A DNA stretch of 64,000 nt, from NCBI GenBank assembly GCA_964188305.1, contig OZ076898.1; one strand, given 5' to 3'. Positions within the stretch are counted from its first letter, which is position 1. Every line of letters starts with the position of its first letter. A model generated the notes under the pieces. It did no database searches. It saw only the letters and a list, made by a program, of their open reading frames with translations, and was not told the origin of the DNA. Shown here piece by piece: positions 50,685 through 64,000 of the stretch. Source of the stretch: Podarcis bocagei (Eukaryota). Position numbers and translations under genes: made by a program.

Positions 50685-52380
50685 AAGAACAAGAAGAGAA
50701 CCCTTCTGGATTAGACCAGAGGCTTGCCTTGCCTAGCATCCCGCTCGCCACAGTAAAGCAACCAGATGCTTGTGGGAAGGACGCAGGCAGAAGATGAGTG
50801 CAATGAGCCCTCTCCCGCTGTTGTTCTCTAGCAACTCTGCTGGTGGGGGGCGGGGAGGTAGGAGGGTTAAGCACATGGCTTTTTCCTCCATGAATTTCTC
50901 TAATCCCTTTAAATCCATCTAAGTTGGTGTCTGTCACCCACATCTTATGCCAGCAAATACCATAGTTCTAACTATCTGCTGTGTGCAAAGTACTTTCTCT
51001 AATACCACACGTAATTCTATAAACCTCTATAATGTCTCTCCTTCCTGATTTTTTTTAAAAAAAAACAACCTATAAAGCCTCCAGTGTTGTAGCCTTTCCT
51101 CATAAAAGGGAGCCACTGCAGCCCCCTGATCATTTTGAATGCACCATTTCCAGTTCTGCAATATCCTTTTCAAAGCTGGCATAATGAGCTATACACACTA
51201 TATCAAGTGTAGTCACACCATAATTTACATCACGGCATTATGATACAGGCAATTGTATTTTCTATCCCTTTCCTAATGATCCCTAGCACTGAATTCATAA
51301 CTTTTACAGTTGCCACTCACTGGGTTGAATTTTTTGTTGAGCTTTTCCCTGCAATCCCAATACAGTACCAGTCAGTGAACATCTATGTGGTTAGGATTTT
51401 TTTGCCCCACACATTTACTACTTTAATGTCCACCCCACCCCCCACAACCTCTTTATGAACTTTAACATCACTGGTTCTAATACAGATCCTTCGTAGATCC
51501 CACTTATACCCCTCTTTTGTGAGAACTGTCAATTTCCCCCCAATTATCTGCTTCCTATTCTTTAACCCAGCTATCAGTCCATCCAGTCCAAGGCCCTTGG
51601 TGAGGGGGTTTGTAAAAGCTTTTAGGAGGTCCAAGAATACAACATGTAGTGGATCACCCTGCCCACATAGCGCTTTCAAAGAACTCTTAAAATATTAGTG
51701 AGACAACTTACACCCACAGAAATCATGTTGATTCTTCTTCAATACTTGTTCTTCTAAATGCTTGATCATTTTATATTTAATGTTTTCCACCAGTTTACCC
51801 TGAACAAACATTAAGCTAACTACTCTGTAATTTCCTGCATCCCTCCTGGCTCTCTTTTTAAAAATTAGTTTTATCCTGATTGCTTCCCAGTCCCCTGGTA
51901 CAGAAGCTGATCTTAGGAACCAGGTAACTTTTGTTGTTGTTAAAAGACTAATAATTTCCACATTTGAGTTCTTTAACAACTTGGGAGGTGAGAGAATCCC
52001 AGGGTATGTTAACTTTTTAATTTGCTATTAAGGCCTAGAACTTTGTTTCTCGCCACCACTGTTGCGCTTAGTTCTTCCGACTCCCCTCCCTGAGGGAGTC
52101 AGCTCCAGCCTTGTGGTGAAAACAAATGCAGATAATTGATTCAGCTTCTCTGCAACCTCCTCGCCTCCCATTTAAGAGCAGGAATGAAAGTTGTGAGGTA
52201 TCCCTTAGGGTGTTTTTGTGGGGGGGGGGTGTTGCATCCCTTTATTACCTGCTTGTGTTTCTTTTGCCAAAGTTTATGTTCCTTTTTGTGTTCTCATTTG
52301 GACAAGGCTTCTATTTTCTGAAGGGAGCCTTCTTGCCCCTCACAGCCTCCTTGCCTCTGTTCATCAGCCATTGCTTGGAC
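50685..52380 (-). mobile_element. Degenerate CR1 LINE ORF2 (reverse transcriptase) fragments
   Basis: Minus frames give VPGDW...IFKK...DAGNYRVVSL...GKLVE...NQHDFC and GDPLHVVFLDLLKAF, matching CR1 RT motifs (VPEDWK, GNYRPVSL, NQHGF, YLDFQKAF). CR1 3' end near 50690. Confidence 0.8.
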
Positions 52381-52958
52381 TTTCTTGCTGAGAGGACGTT
52401 ATGGGTGCAAAGCAGGGATGGAGAACCTGAAGGCCACAAGCCCTTTTGGACACCTTTCCAGCTACCACATGCCTGTGGTAGGTGGAGCGATATAATTTTT
52501 CCCCTTTGTACTGTACATTGGCTTCTACACACGCCCCTCTTTATCCTCCACCCAGACACCAGAGTTCAAGAACACATTCCAGCCAGACAAAAACACTCAA
52601 GGAGAGTGTGGCCGGGTAGGGAGCATGGCCTGAGGAAAGTCCAGAGGGCAGGATGGAAAGGTCTGGAGCGCCACACTCAGGCATGATGTTACCCATCCTG
52701 GTGTAAAGCATGTGCTCTACCACTAACTTGTGGCCTATTCCTTCCCCAGGGAGCTCAGAATAGCCAACAAGGTATGATAGTCTTGACAAAATACCAAGTT
52801 AGGAGGAGCTTGGTGCAAGACAAGCACAGCAATAGCAAAGAGCTGATTTAAATCCACAACGGCTGAGCTGATTCGCCCAGCTGATTTAAATCCACAAATC
52901 CCTCCTCCTACCTTTGTCTCACCCTCACAGTTGCTGGAAACTTTATGTAGGTCCTTTA

Positions 52959-53313
52959 GGTAAAGGTAAAGGGACCCCTGACCATTAGGTCCAGTCGTGG
53001 CTGACTCTGGGGTTGCGGCGCTCATCTCGCTTTACTGGCCGAGGGAGCCGGCGTACAGCTTCCGGGTCATGTGGCCAGCATGACTAAGCTGCTTCTGACG
53101 AACCAGAGCAGCGCACAGAAACGCCGTTTACCTTCCCGCCAGAGCGGTACCTATTTTATCTACTTGCACTTTGACATGCTTTCGAACTGCTAGGTTGGCA
53201 GGAGCAGGGACCGAGCAATGGGAGCTCACCCCGTTGTGGGGATTCGAACCGCTGACCTTCTGATCGGCAAATCCTAGGCTCTGTGGTTTAACCCACAGTG
53301 CCACCCGCGTCCC
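52959..53313 (-). mobile_element. Sauria SINE, full length
   Basis: Reverse complement of the 23191 element; 14-bp TSD ATGTAGGTCCTTTA at 52945-52958 and 53314-53327. Confidence 0.9.
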
Positions 53314-54344
53314 ATGTAGGTCCTTTACCCCCTAGCAATAAGACAACTACTTAACAGGCTGTTGTCTAATAGGCATCACTAATTCTTCTCTAGGCAAGCA
53401 GGGATTAAACAACAAGCCTAGAAAAAATAGCAAAGAGTCAACACGCTAGAATGCTTTGCGGTTACTGGGCAGAGCAACCACAGGCTCAGCTCTGGATTGT
53501 TGTGCCATGGAAATGTAAACAACCTGTTTAGAACCAAAAATAAGCTTGTTTTAGAATGGCAAATTCTATGCCCAACACAGGAAAGCAAAGCCCTGCCTGA
53601 AATGCAGAGGTGTGGTATGGAAAGGGGTGGAGAAGGCCTTTCATGCTGCAAGGTTATAAAAAGCAGGCTCCTGCACAAAGAATCTATATGGAGAGTTTCC
53701 TTAGGAAATACTACCCTCCCCAACCCAGAAAGATCACAAACACAGACTCCAAAGGTGCCATTCTATTTTTTCCAAAAATGTACAGGTTACAGACAAAGAA
53801 GTTTCATGCTCCCACTGTCAAAACAGACACCCTATAAATCCTATATGTCTCTCCCCACACCCAAGGCATCCTGAAATCAGCATGAATTTAGAGTTTTTTC
53901 TAGACCGCAGAGAGAAAACATGGCATCTATACATCAAGTCTTCCTCGACTGTGCTGGCTAGGGTTCATGAGTGCTGTCCAAAACATCTGGAGGCCATCAG
54001 GTTAGGGAAGGGTATCCTACATGTAGCAAACATAGGGCCAGATCTAATTTACCCTCCAGCGAATTACATCTCCCTCCTGCCTCCCTCCCTGCAGTCCCTG
54101 CAACTGTCTCACCTATGGAATCAACCAGTCACTTCTCTCTCATGGGCGAAAAAAGTCTCTTATTCTTTAATAACTATTGCTTTTTCCTACCACATTAAAA
54201 CACATCTGAAAGTCAGACACCACAAGAAAAGTGTGATTCCCTTAATGAGCCACTCATTTACACAGTAAGAAATGGAACCAGTTACCTTCAGATCCCCCAA
54301 AGTTGCCAGTCCTGCACTCACAGTTCCATGTAACTGCAAAGCTA

Positions 54345-54350
54345 TTTATT
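54345..54350 (-). terminator. Probable PRPF31 polyadenylation signal AATAAA
   Basis: TTTATT on +, about 720 nt downstream of the PRPF31 stop. Confidence 0.55.
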
Positions 54351-55071
54351 CCACCACCCCAGCACATTCATACATAGATATAACCTTCCATAGACTTGAG
54401 CATAGAGCATTTTGAAATTTCAGTTCCTGCCAAATGACAGCACACACACACACAGCACAGTCCTTTTACAGGACAAACTTGAATCTACTTGTATGGGGGA
54501 GAGATGCCCGCACTATAACCAGTAAATCTGTTGTTTAGTTCCAGATCGTGAAACAGGACGAAGGGTTAGTAACTCCTAAACCAACACAGCAAGGGAGAAG
54601 CGCTCTGGTACTATCCCAAAGCATTACTTGTATTCATGCTGGTATTTTTACAACCTCAGTTTCATTTAAAACTTGGGCTAACGGTGAAGAGGATGGTACC
54701 CAGGATGATCTAAAGCCATGGTTGGGATCTTGTAAGTTCATTCAAGTTACTCCTTTAAGCTAACCACCCCATGCCATTATAAACAGCTCACACCTTCAGT
54801 AGCCTGCTTCTGAATACTGCATGAGACCAGGGAAGAGAACTCAATTCTCTCTACTGCATGCCTCCCCCTGCCAGAATCCTAGGCTCCCTGACAATGACAT
54901 TTCTCGAGAAAGAAAAGCAGGGTAGGGAGAGAACCACAAGGTACCACTTGGGCCCGGGAGAATGGAGAGTTCTGAAGTGCCTGTTTTCTGTGCAAAGGCT
55001 CCTCTTCTTGAATGTGATTCATGGTTCAAACTGCTAGTCAAAGGGGAGGGACAGCGTCCGTGGCAAGAGGG

Positions 55072-58000
55072 CTATGTGGTGGACATGATGCCACTTTTCT
55101 CGCTCTTCACCTTCAAGAATTCAGCCATGCTGGAGAAGTACTTCTGGTTTGCTTCGGCTACCTTCTTCTCAGCCGCCTGAGGGTTCACAATCTCCAGACC
55201 CTGGAAACAAGAGGAGGGGGGAGGTGAATGTGAGAGAGGGAGGCTATTTTTTAAAAAAATGCAGAGTCCAGAGATCTTGCTGCCTCTAGAAAGTAGGAGA
55301 GGCGCTGAATTATGATAACACATGCCCTCCAAATCTCCAGCTTCTACACCTTGGACAGAAGTAAATTGCTTGGTGTGCTCCTAGTTGGTGGAACGCTTTC
55401 CCAAGAGAAACCTGCCTGGTACCATTGTTGTATTTTTTTTAAGTGCCAGGCAAAATACACTGTTATGTACCCGGCCTTCAGTTTTTCACTGGGAGGGTAG
55501 TTAGCTATGTCCAGGGCCATTTTTGCACTCATCCATGCGGTGGGTACGATTTCTTCCTTGAAATAAATTTACAGTACTGTATTTAATTTTTTCTGTATTG
55601 CTGTTTTGATACCTGGCTTTAAAGTCCTGGTCCTTTCTGTTTTCACTGAGACACCTTAGTGCAAAAATACAACTAATGTTGTTGTTGTTGTTATACAATA
55701 ACAACAACCGATATTGCACACATGAGCTTATAACCTTTCCTCCTCAAGTGCTGCAAGCAGAACAGTGAGGGTGGGGAGACAGGGAGTTATTAGGGTTTCA
55801 GCCAAGAAAAATGTATTATAGCATTCTATAACCCGCATTTTTTAAAAAAAAGACTACAGCAAACAAAAAAAGTATTTAAGAACCAACGAACCCTGCTGGA
55901 TCAGAGGAAAGAAACATAGCCCAACATCCTTTTCCCAGTGAAGCCAACCCGATGCTCCTCTGGGAAGCCCCAAGCGGGCCCTGAGCACAACAGCACTCCC
56001 CACAAAGGTTCTTCTTTCATCCATTGGTCTTCTCAGCATCCTTGCCAGGCACACACTCAGTTCTCCAAAACTCCTAGAGCCCAGCACACCCAGCTCTTTG
56101 TGCACTCAGCCCCTTCCTTCAAAGACATCAGTGCCAATTACAGGTAATTCAGGAATGCAGGGCCAAGTGCGGTGCTTACCTGCAGCGGAGTGAAGGCCAC
56201 GCTGGACGCAGTGCCCGAGGAGCGGTCCCGGATGGTGGACTTCCCTCCATACACCATGCTCTGCTTCTGGAGAGTGCGCTGGTTGGGAGGACAAATGCAA
56301 AAAGACACGGGTGTTAGGCCTTTCATAGAGGAGGCAGTGAAAAGAGAGGGAAGTGATGCTAAAGCACGGGGCAGGGGAACGACCAAATGGCTGGCTGTCC
56401 AAAGGCACGCACTTCATTTGTTACCTTCCCTAGTACCAAAAAGCATGTCAAACGCATGTAACACTCATGTGTAGCCGCTCCAGTAGCCCTGGCACATTCT
56501 TTTGCCAATCACAGACAAAACCTAGTGTGGCACCCTTCACCTCAACATTTAAAAACCCACTTGGAACAGGGAAATTGCCTACCCTTATCAGAGACTAATG
56601 GCCAGCAATGTGACCATAGAATTAGTCTAATTCTGTGCCTGCTAAGCTCTCAAGGGCTGCTCCACACAGAGCTTGTTGGCCTGGGAGTATTTTCTGAGCG
56701 CTTTGAGTAACAATAGGACATACATGCTTGGCATAATTACACTGCAGTATGAGCTCTGATCTGGTTGCTGAGTGTAGCTGTTTGCCGAAACCTCAAGAGG
56801 ACAACGTGATGCTGCCTTCAAGAATGAACAGCCCCTGCCCAGGTCCAGAGGCTTTGAAATGCAGCCTTGATGGACCCAGTCATAAGATGATTTACGGCTC
56901 CCGGCACTCCACATCCAGTCCCCATTTCCTTACTTGCAGCGTCTTTGAGATGCGTGCCTTCGTGGCCTCGTTGACTTGTGTCTGCCGGACTCGGCCGCTG
57001 CCTGACTTCCCCAGGTGGCCCAGACTGAAACCAAGGTCTTCCTGGTAAGCATCTTCTTCAATCTAGCAAAGGTGTGGAGAGAAGAAGCGTATCACAGAGA
57101 AGAAAAGGCCAAGTTTGGATTAGATAGTACAGGACCGATGACCAAGTTGACAGTTTCAATGAGAATGCAACCCCTTCCCTTTTGTATTTTTTTTTTTTTT
57201 TTTTTTTGCCCAAGTGGCTCAATAAGGGACAACAGGTGCTTTTGAAATTTCCTTTTTTATTTTTAGCCTATAGATCCAAAAGACAGCCCCACCACTAATC
57301 CTGCAATCTAGGAAGAGGCAAATTAGTCCCTATATTTATATCCAAACTTTCTTCCAAGGTGGTCAAGTTGACATAAATAGTTCCCTCCCTCCGTCCTCAC
57401 TTTATTCCCACAAGCAGCCTGTTGTAGGGTGATTGGCACAAGGTCATCTGATGCATTTTATGACTGAGCGAGGATTTGAATCCTGGCCTGAGTCCAGCAC
57501 TCTGATCACTACACGAGAGCGACTCTCCCTGGCCACAAAGGTAATTGTGTGCCAAGGTGAGCCTCCCTGAAATGGCCTGGGTTGGGTCACATGCAAGTAC
57601 ATCCGAAGCAGAGGGGGCAGAAAACTTATTAGTCAAGGCTATAAATACATCTAGTTATCCGTCCATTCCATTAGCCTTCTCAGAACCACTTCTCATCCTA
57701 CTTATCTTATTTAAATTAAATTTATCTAATTTAATCTGTGCACACATAGGAGAAGTGTGAAGCCCACATGTGGCCATATAACACATAACCGCCACCCAAA
57801 CTTAAATATTCCTGCATGTAGATGTGGGCAGACGTGCAGCTTCTGTACACAGCAAAATGCACATATGGCTTGTCAGGTTTAATGCTTTGTATTACTTGGA
57901 AGTGCTTACTTTACATAAAATGTAAAGCAACCCAGAGATCCCTGCCCCGCAAAAGATTTCTGTTACTTCCCCCATTCCATTGTATCAGTTAAAAAGGCAC

Positions 58001-59817
58001 AGTTGGGGAACAGAGTCTGAACCGTCCGAAACTCCTGGTTTCTACTCCTGCCCTCCTGAGGGATTAGACAGCCCCCAACACCCAAAGACCAAGAGAAATC
58101 CTACACAAGGAGACTATGCAGGACTCCTTACCTCTCCAAAGCTCATCCGGTTTGCCTGCTTCCGGATTTCCGTTAGACCGAGACGTTCCTTCATCTTGCG
58201 ATATCTGGAGGAGCAAGGAAAAGCACTTTTAAGATTGGCAGCTGAGAACTGAATGATGCCAGGACAGAGTGCTGCTGCCAAGAATGAAAGCAGTGTTTGG
58301 CATAAAAACAAATTCAGGCAGGAGACAAAGGGCTGAAATGCCAGGATTCCTGGGTTCATCTCAATGAGACACTCAAGTTTACAGAATTCTGATACAACCT
58401 GACCTGACCCTCTCCTACTTCCAGTAATGTGGAAATCGAAACTTTCTTATAATCCACACATCCCCAATATTCTGGCACAATTCTGGGCTCAAGAAACATA
58501 CCAGTGACTGTATTATGAGGGAAAAATAAGTTTTAAAACTAATGTTTTGAAAAAGCAAAACAAATTGTTGCATTAAAATCTTTTTTCCATGAGAAAAGAA
58601 TATTTGATGGAAAAGATAAAATGCCATTATTCTGGTTTGATTTTAACAAGTGTGTATATATTAAAAGTAGATCCGGGATTCCCTAATACAGTCGTACCTT
58701 GGATCTCAAATGCCTTGGGTCCCGAACAAATTGGCTCCCAAATGATCGAAACCCAGAAGTGAGTGTTCCAGTTTTTGAATGATTTTTGGAAGCTGAACGT
58801 CTGGCACAGCTTCCGATTGGCTGCAGGAGTTTCCTGCAGCCAATCAGAAGCCACACTTTGGTTTCTGAACATTTTGGAAGTTGAACCGACTTCCAGAACA
58901 GATTCTGTTCTACTTCCGAGGTACGACTGTACTTATTTCCTAGCACGCTTAACACCACCCTCCTGGCTGCCTCAGCCAGCTCAGCCAACTCTCCCTCCCA
59001 CCCTGCCCCTGCCGCAAGACATTTCTTCAATTCTCTCCCCCGCACCTGCGTCCTCCACGTTTCTTCCTTTGTCCATCCAAGGGTGCTGGCAGTGGCTTCA
59101 CTTGCTTGACAGGAGGTGGCTCCTGCCACTTGTCAAATTTCCTTTCAATTTCTTCCTTGAGGTCATAGCCAACCTGAATGGTAGCAGAAGGATAAAAGAG
59201 CAGAAAGTGTTTACAAAGCAGCCACCCCCTTGGGGCCCTCCGTTATGCCTCTTACACCAGCCACTCCCCCAGGATCCTGGAGCTTTTGCCTTGTACAGTG
59301 GTGCCCTGCAAGACGAATGCCTTGCAAGACGGAAAACTCGCTAGACGAAAGAGTTTTCCGTTTTGGAGGTGCTTCGCAAAATGAATCTCCTATGGGCTTG
59401 CTTCGCAAGACGACAATGTCTTGCGAGTTCCTGCTGGTTTTTTCCCCTTCCCCCCTTTTTCTAAGCCACTAAGCCGCTTATCAGCTGATCCGATCAGCAG
59501 ATAAGACGCTAAAAGCCGCTAATAGCACTAATCCGCTAATCCGTCAATGGACTTGCTTCGCAAGACGAAAAAACCGCTAGACGAAGAGAATCACAGAACG
59601 GATTCTTTTCGTCTTGCGAGGCACCACTGTACCACATACCTTCCCTTCAGAGCTCTCGTGAAAGCTGTCCACACGTGCTGCCAGCGTGCATTTTGCTGAT
59701 ACCAAGCGAGCCGCCTTCCTTCGCAAGTCCTGCAAGGAGGGAATCAAAGGCACATGTTGGCTGGTTGCTGTTAGGAAACTCGTGCACCAACTCAAAAGAG
59801 AAAGGAGGAGGGACAGA

Positions 59818-59854
<37 letters not shown>

Positions 59855-62800
59855 CTACCGGAGGCAACGACTGTACAATGTCACTGTGATAGATGTAGCC
59901 AGTGTGAGGCAGCACCGAAGTGCTGGAAAATCCAGACAGAGTCTTCCTCTGGGCCCCCAGAAGCATGATGTTGCAGGCTGGCATCTTAGAGAGGTTTGTG
60001 AGGCCACCGGCAATGCCTTGAGAGAAGAGAAGGCAATATGGAATGAATGCTAGTTGTGGGACCAAGGGCCAAGGTGGTTCAGGGGTTTTGATCAGCCAAA
60101 CCATGGCTTCTCCCTGGCCTATTGGGATTTGTAAACAAAGTTCTTCTCTTTGTGTGCAAGGAGAGCTCTTTGCTGTTCCTGCCAGAACTGATCATACCTC
60201 AACAACATGACAGATGCTGCTAAATTTCTTGGACCGTTTAATTCATGGCTTCAAGTTTATAATTTTTTACATTAGCACTCCAGTGTTCTTTTGTGAAATA
60301 CAGTACTTCGGCAGTCTTCGGATTTGGAAAGATGAATTGTAAAAATTGGACTGGTGTTTGACCCTTTCAGAGAAGGCTTTACATTCCTTTCGGAATCTAG
60401 GGGCCTTCATGTCCCTCTCTGCCAATGACAGACTTACTTATACATCCAACTAAATCACACTAGAATAGACCCATTTACATTAAAGGACTTAAGCTAGTCA
60501 CATCCATCAATTTCAATGAATCTGCTCCAATTCTGATATAATCCCAAGTTTCCATATTCTGATACGCAAGGACCCAAGCCCACAGAGATCCCCTAAGAGT
60601 CTCACCCATTATTTTAGCAGCAGTGGAGGCTCCCACAATGATGGACAAGTTGGGGGCGATGAAGGACATGCGGGACTCCACATACTCGTAGATGCGGTGT
60701 TTAGACTGGTTCAGCTCCAGGGCCATGTCGCAGGCCTCCTCAATGCGCTCCAGTTCTTCCTCAGTTAACTGTTGCCTGCAGCAGGAGAGAGGCAACGCTT
60801 GAGGCCGAGATACCTAGGTCATCAGGTCTGGTTCACTATATCCGCACCATCGCTCCATGCCCAGAGCGTGGCATTTGTTTCAAAGCTCTCAGGACCACCC
60901 TATATGTTAATATTCTATCTCTGAGCATGGATCCTTACGTAGCCAAAAATGGCACCATCCACATACACAAAATGGGAGATATCTGTAGATTTTGAGAGCC
61001 CCACAGTATGCAGTCATACAGCAAAATTGTTGGAAAGCCCAAAGGCAGGGGAGCCCCAAAACCAGCCCTATAAAGACTGAGCATGCTCAGTGGTCACGGA
61101 ATGCTGGCTAACAGTTAAGGACGGGGAACAGATGGCTGGAAACCTGAATGGGAGCAATTCGAACTGCAATGTTTTGCTGCAGGTCCCCCTTGTGTATTTT
61201 GATCTGCAACCCACACTCTTATCTCCACCAGCATATGTAAGCCGTGAGTCATCAATAAGTTAACTCATACCATTTATCATGTGATCTGGCAGGTTCCTCC
61301 TGTCTCTTCACGTGATAAGACAGACCGTAATTGTCTGAAGGCCACTCTCTTGACAACCAAGCAGTGACCCAAATCCCACACTCTCATCCGAAATCTATTC
61401 TCTGTGCTAAAATCCCATGAAGGGAAAACTACCATGATTCTGGGCCTGCTCTACAGACAGTGGAACAAGTGGTACAGTAGACTGTAGTACTCCATACTGC
61501 CAGAGATAAGATATTATTTTTCAATGCTCCCCTATATATCAAGAGAAATCTGTAAAGGGAGGAAAAAGCACTAGCACACCAAGGGGAAAAGGGCTAAGCT
61601 AGACACTCTCCCTTCAACATAGGAGTATTCTTCTTACAGGGAATTTTGGAAAGTAATTCCCCCACCTGCAGCCTGGAATGGTACAGTCCACCTTACACCC
61701 TTCAGCACCATTTGCAAATTCAGTCTATATCCCTCTCTCACAGACCAGATGCCCACCAATCTCCCATACCCTTCCAAAAACCTCTTTTTCCTGTGCAGAG
61801 CCTTACCCCTGGGTAGTGGATGCGGTGACACTGACCACCATGATTGTAGCGTTGGTGAGGATCTGTTGAAGATTCTCATTGTTCTTGCATTTGTCCAAGC
61901 TGTTCCCTAGTTCCTGCAAGGTTCAAACGTTTTAAAGCAGAAGTTAGCCATTGAAGAAGACAGAACCCCCCCCCCCAAAAAAAAAGCACAGGTGGGAGGC
62001 ATTGTAATCATGTTTAACTGAAGCCCCAAGCTTATTTAGAGAATTCTGGTCTCAGTGCCAGGTTTTGTTCATTACTGAGAAGGACCAAGGCTGCTCCAGG
62101 GTCAGTTCTAATTTCTGTCAGCAATATAGGAATGATTTGTGGATCACATGAATATTCTTTTCCTCCAAGGGGGGAATATTTGGGGATCTTCCCCCAGCCC
62201 TCCACACACACAATCCTCATTTTTCCTAACCTGGAAGTTAGTTTAAGACTGAGCAATAACAACTTCTCAAAAGCAACCATGTGAACTTCCCGGCAGGATA
62301 AATATTTGAACACAGCTCATCTGCTAGCTCTACCCACCACACCTTTTAGGTTCAAGGTTGATTATTACACATCAAAACCATGAATTAACTGTGGACCTGA
62401 AGAATACTCAAAAGATTTTCAGTCACCGTGATTTTGTGAATGGTTGGTATTGCCGTGTGTTTACTTACCATATTTTTCTGTGTATAACACGCCCCTGTGT
62501 ATAAGACACCCCCTATTTTCAGGGACGCAAAATTGAGAAAATGGGGGGAAACTGCCCTGAGTTGTTGAGCTTTTCTTAGGGGGAATTGTCGAAAATTGCT
62601 CACCCGCATAACCTACGCTGCCACTCGCATGCGTCGTAAAAGCCACCTATCGTCTGTCCCCACGCTGGCAAAAGCTGCCAATAGCCCGCCCTAGTGCTGC
62701 AGTGGCAGCCAATCAACATCAGCCATTGCCGCAGCCACCAATAATACGCAAAATACCCACAGACAATCTCTGGCTCACGGCAGCAATCAATCCCACGTCC

Positions 62801-63955
62801 TATGCACAATCCATGTATAAGACGACCCCCAATTTTTAACTTTATTTTTGAATTAAAAAAGGTTGCCTTATACACGGAAAACTATAGTATGTATTATCTG
62901 CGTTACAATCTTAATAGTCATTTGAACATAGAGCACCTCCGCTAAATAAGTGGCAAAAGTTATATGAGGGTTGGGCTAGTTATCGATGCAAATGTAAAAA
63001 AATGACTTTGTGAAGTTCAAGACACAGATAGACACAATACCTTGACAGTCCGGATGTAGTCCAGTGCATTTGGAACAAGGGATTCTAGTTCAGGAAACCG
63101 CTTGGAGTACTTGTCTCGAATGAACTTGTGAATAATATCTGAAAAGAGAGAGGTAAAGACGACCTTTTACAAAACAGACAGAAACGCAGAGCGTCATTGC
63201 ACTAGTGAGAATAAAAGCAGGCCTCCCAGAATATACTAGCTCAGAGACATTTTAATGCTGAGCCGTATAGCCTATTCAGAGATTGGCCAGCCTGAACCTT
63301 TTCTCCTGCCCAAGAAAGAGAGTGCTCTTATCAAAACAGTCCCTGTTCTACTGTGACACCAACACACAAATGTCCTTTGTACCCCAAAACTCCTGTGAAG
63401 GTTTGTCTGGCCAGTATGTGCCCTTCTATTTACTAGATCACACCCCCTGCTCCAATGAAGCCAGCCTTTCCCAATCTCACTACTTCCCTAACTCATCATC
63501 TGCCACCCTCACAGGGTAGCAGCTACTGTATTGTTTTCAAAGCCTTCTCAACCTCCCTCACCCCAAAGCAAGTGGCTAAGGTTTGCACTTACTTAGCTCG
63601 TTCTCAATCTCCACTGTGAGGTTATTGGCATCCACAATGACTCTGTATTCAGGAGCAGCCTCTACTGGACCTAGAACTAATAAGAAAGGAACATGCAAAG
63701 TCAAAATCCATACAGGGCACCTCACTATAAGGTAACAGGGAGATGGATATATGAGTACATTAGCTCTGTACTGCAGGACAAGGAAGTCCTGTAGCAGACT
63801 CTATACTGCAGGAATCAGATTGGGTGATGCGTGCATACACATCTGCTGGGTGACCTCTTTTCCAAAGGAAATCTCAGCCAGAGACTCTCAGTACCTTCAG
63901 ATGCTTTGGGCTGTTTGCTGATGTATTCCTCAATCTTCAGCAGGATTTCAGCAAA
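55072..63955 (-). CDS. PRPF31: U4/U6 snRNP protein Prp31; last 12 coding exons (5' end outside the window)
   Basis: Exons: 63895-63955, 63593-63676, 63041-63138, 61807-61913, 60606-60775, 59859-60016, 59640-59729, 59046-59173, 58132-58204, 56934-57062, 56180-56278, 55072-55200 (1326 nt). Includes IHKFIRDKYSKRFPELESLV, Nop domain GGLTNLSKMPACN, RKQANRMSFG and GLEIVNPQAAEKKVAEANQKYFS. Confidence 0.97.
58689..58929. mobile_element. Tc1/pogo (Tigger-like) MITE
   Basis: TIR CAGTCGTACCT / AGGTACGACTG with TA TSD. Confidence 0.8.
59296..59629. mobile_element. Tc1/pogo (Tigger-like) MITE
   Basis: TIR CAGTGGTGCC / GGCACCACTG, TA TSD, repeated GCAAGACG subterminal motifs. Confidence 0.8.
59818..59854. 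repeat. Compound (CT)n(AC)n microsatellite in a PRPF31 intron
   Basis: Seen directly; on the coding strand it reads (GT)8(GA)~10 starting 4 nt into the intron. Confidence 0.95.
62468..62887. mobile_element. Tc1/pogo-type MITE
   Basis: Ends CCATATTTTTCTGTGTATAA / TTATACACGGAAAACTATAG with TA flanks; internal TATAAGAC repeats. Confidence 0.65.
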
Positions 63956-64000
63956 CTGGACAAGAGAAAAAACAAAAAGTTGAGTCTTACTTTTTGAAGA

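Noticed and set aside
52126-52686. 186-aa ORF on +
   Set aside because: Antisense to degenerate CR1 sequence and running into other repeat sequence; no domain evident.
58763-59344. 193-aa ORF on +
   Set aside because: Spans a MITE, the antisense of a PRPF31 exon and a second MITE; consistent with chance.

Overview
Vertebrate genomic DNA, most likely a lacertid lizard (inferred from Sauria SINEs with (ACCTTT)n tails, RTE-BovB, CR1 and many hAT/Tigger MITEs). It carries four spliced genes in the order known from human 19q13.42: TMC4 (+, 16 coding exons, about 714 aa), LENG1 (+, 4 exons, about 257 aa), CNOT3 (-, 17 coding exons plus a noncoding first exon, about 717 aa) and the 3' 12 coding exons of PRPF31 (-, runs off the window end). 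Exon chains were rebuilt by hand from GT-AG sites with consistent phases. The most unusual element is a near full-length processed SPOUT1 (C9orf114) retrocopy inserted in sense into LENG1 intron 1, about 130 bp past exon 1. It has a 12-bp target-site duplication, no poly(A) tail, a premature stop and two frameshifts. Also notable: a TSD-flanked BovB insertion with an inverted 5' piece, a stop-free frame-preserving PRPF31 intron with a UG repeat at its donor, a CNOT3 uORF, and a microsatellite serving as a CNOT3 polypyrimidine tract. I see no evidence of a wholly new multi-gene system. No database searches were run; family assignments rest on recalled sequences and motifs.
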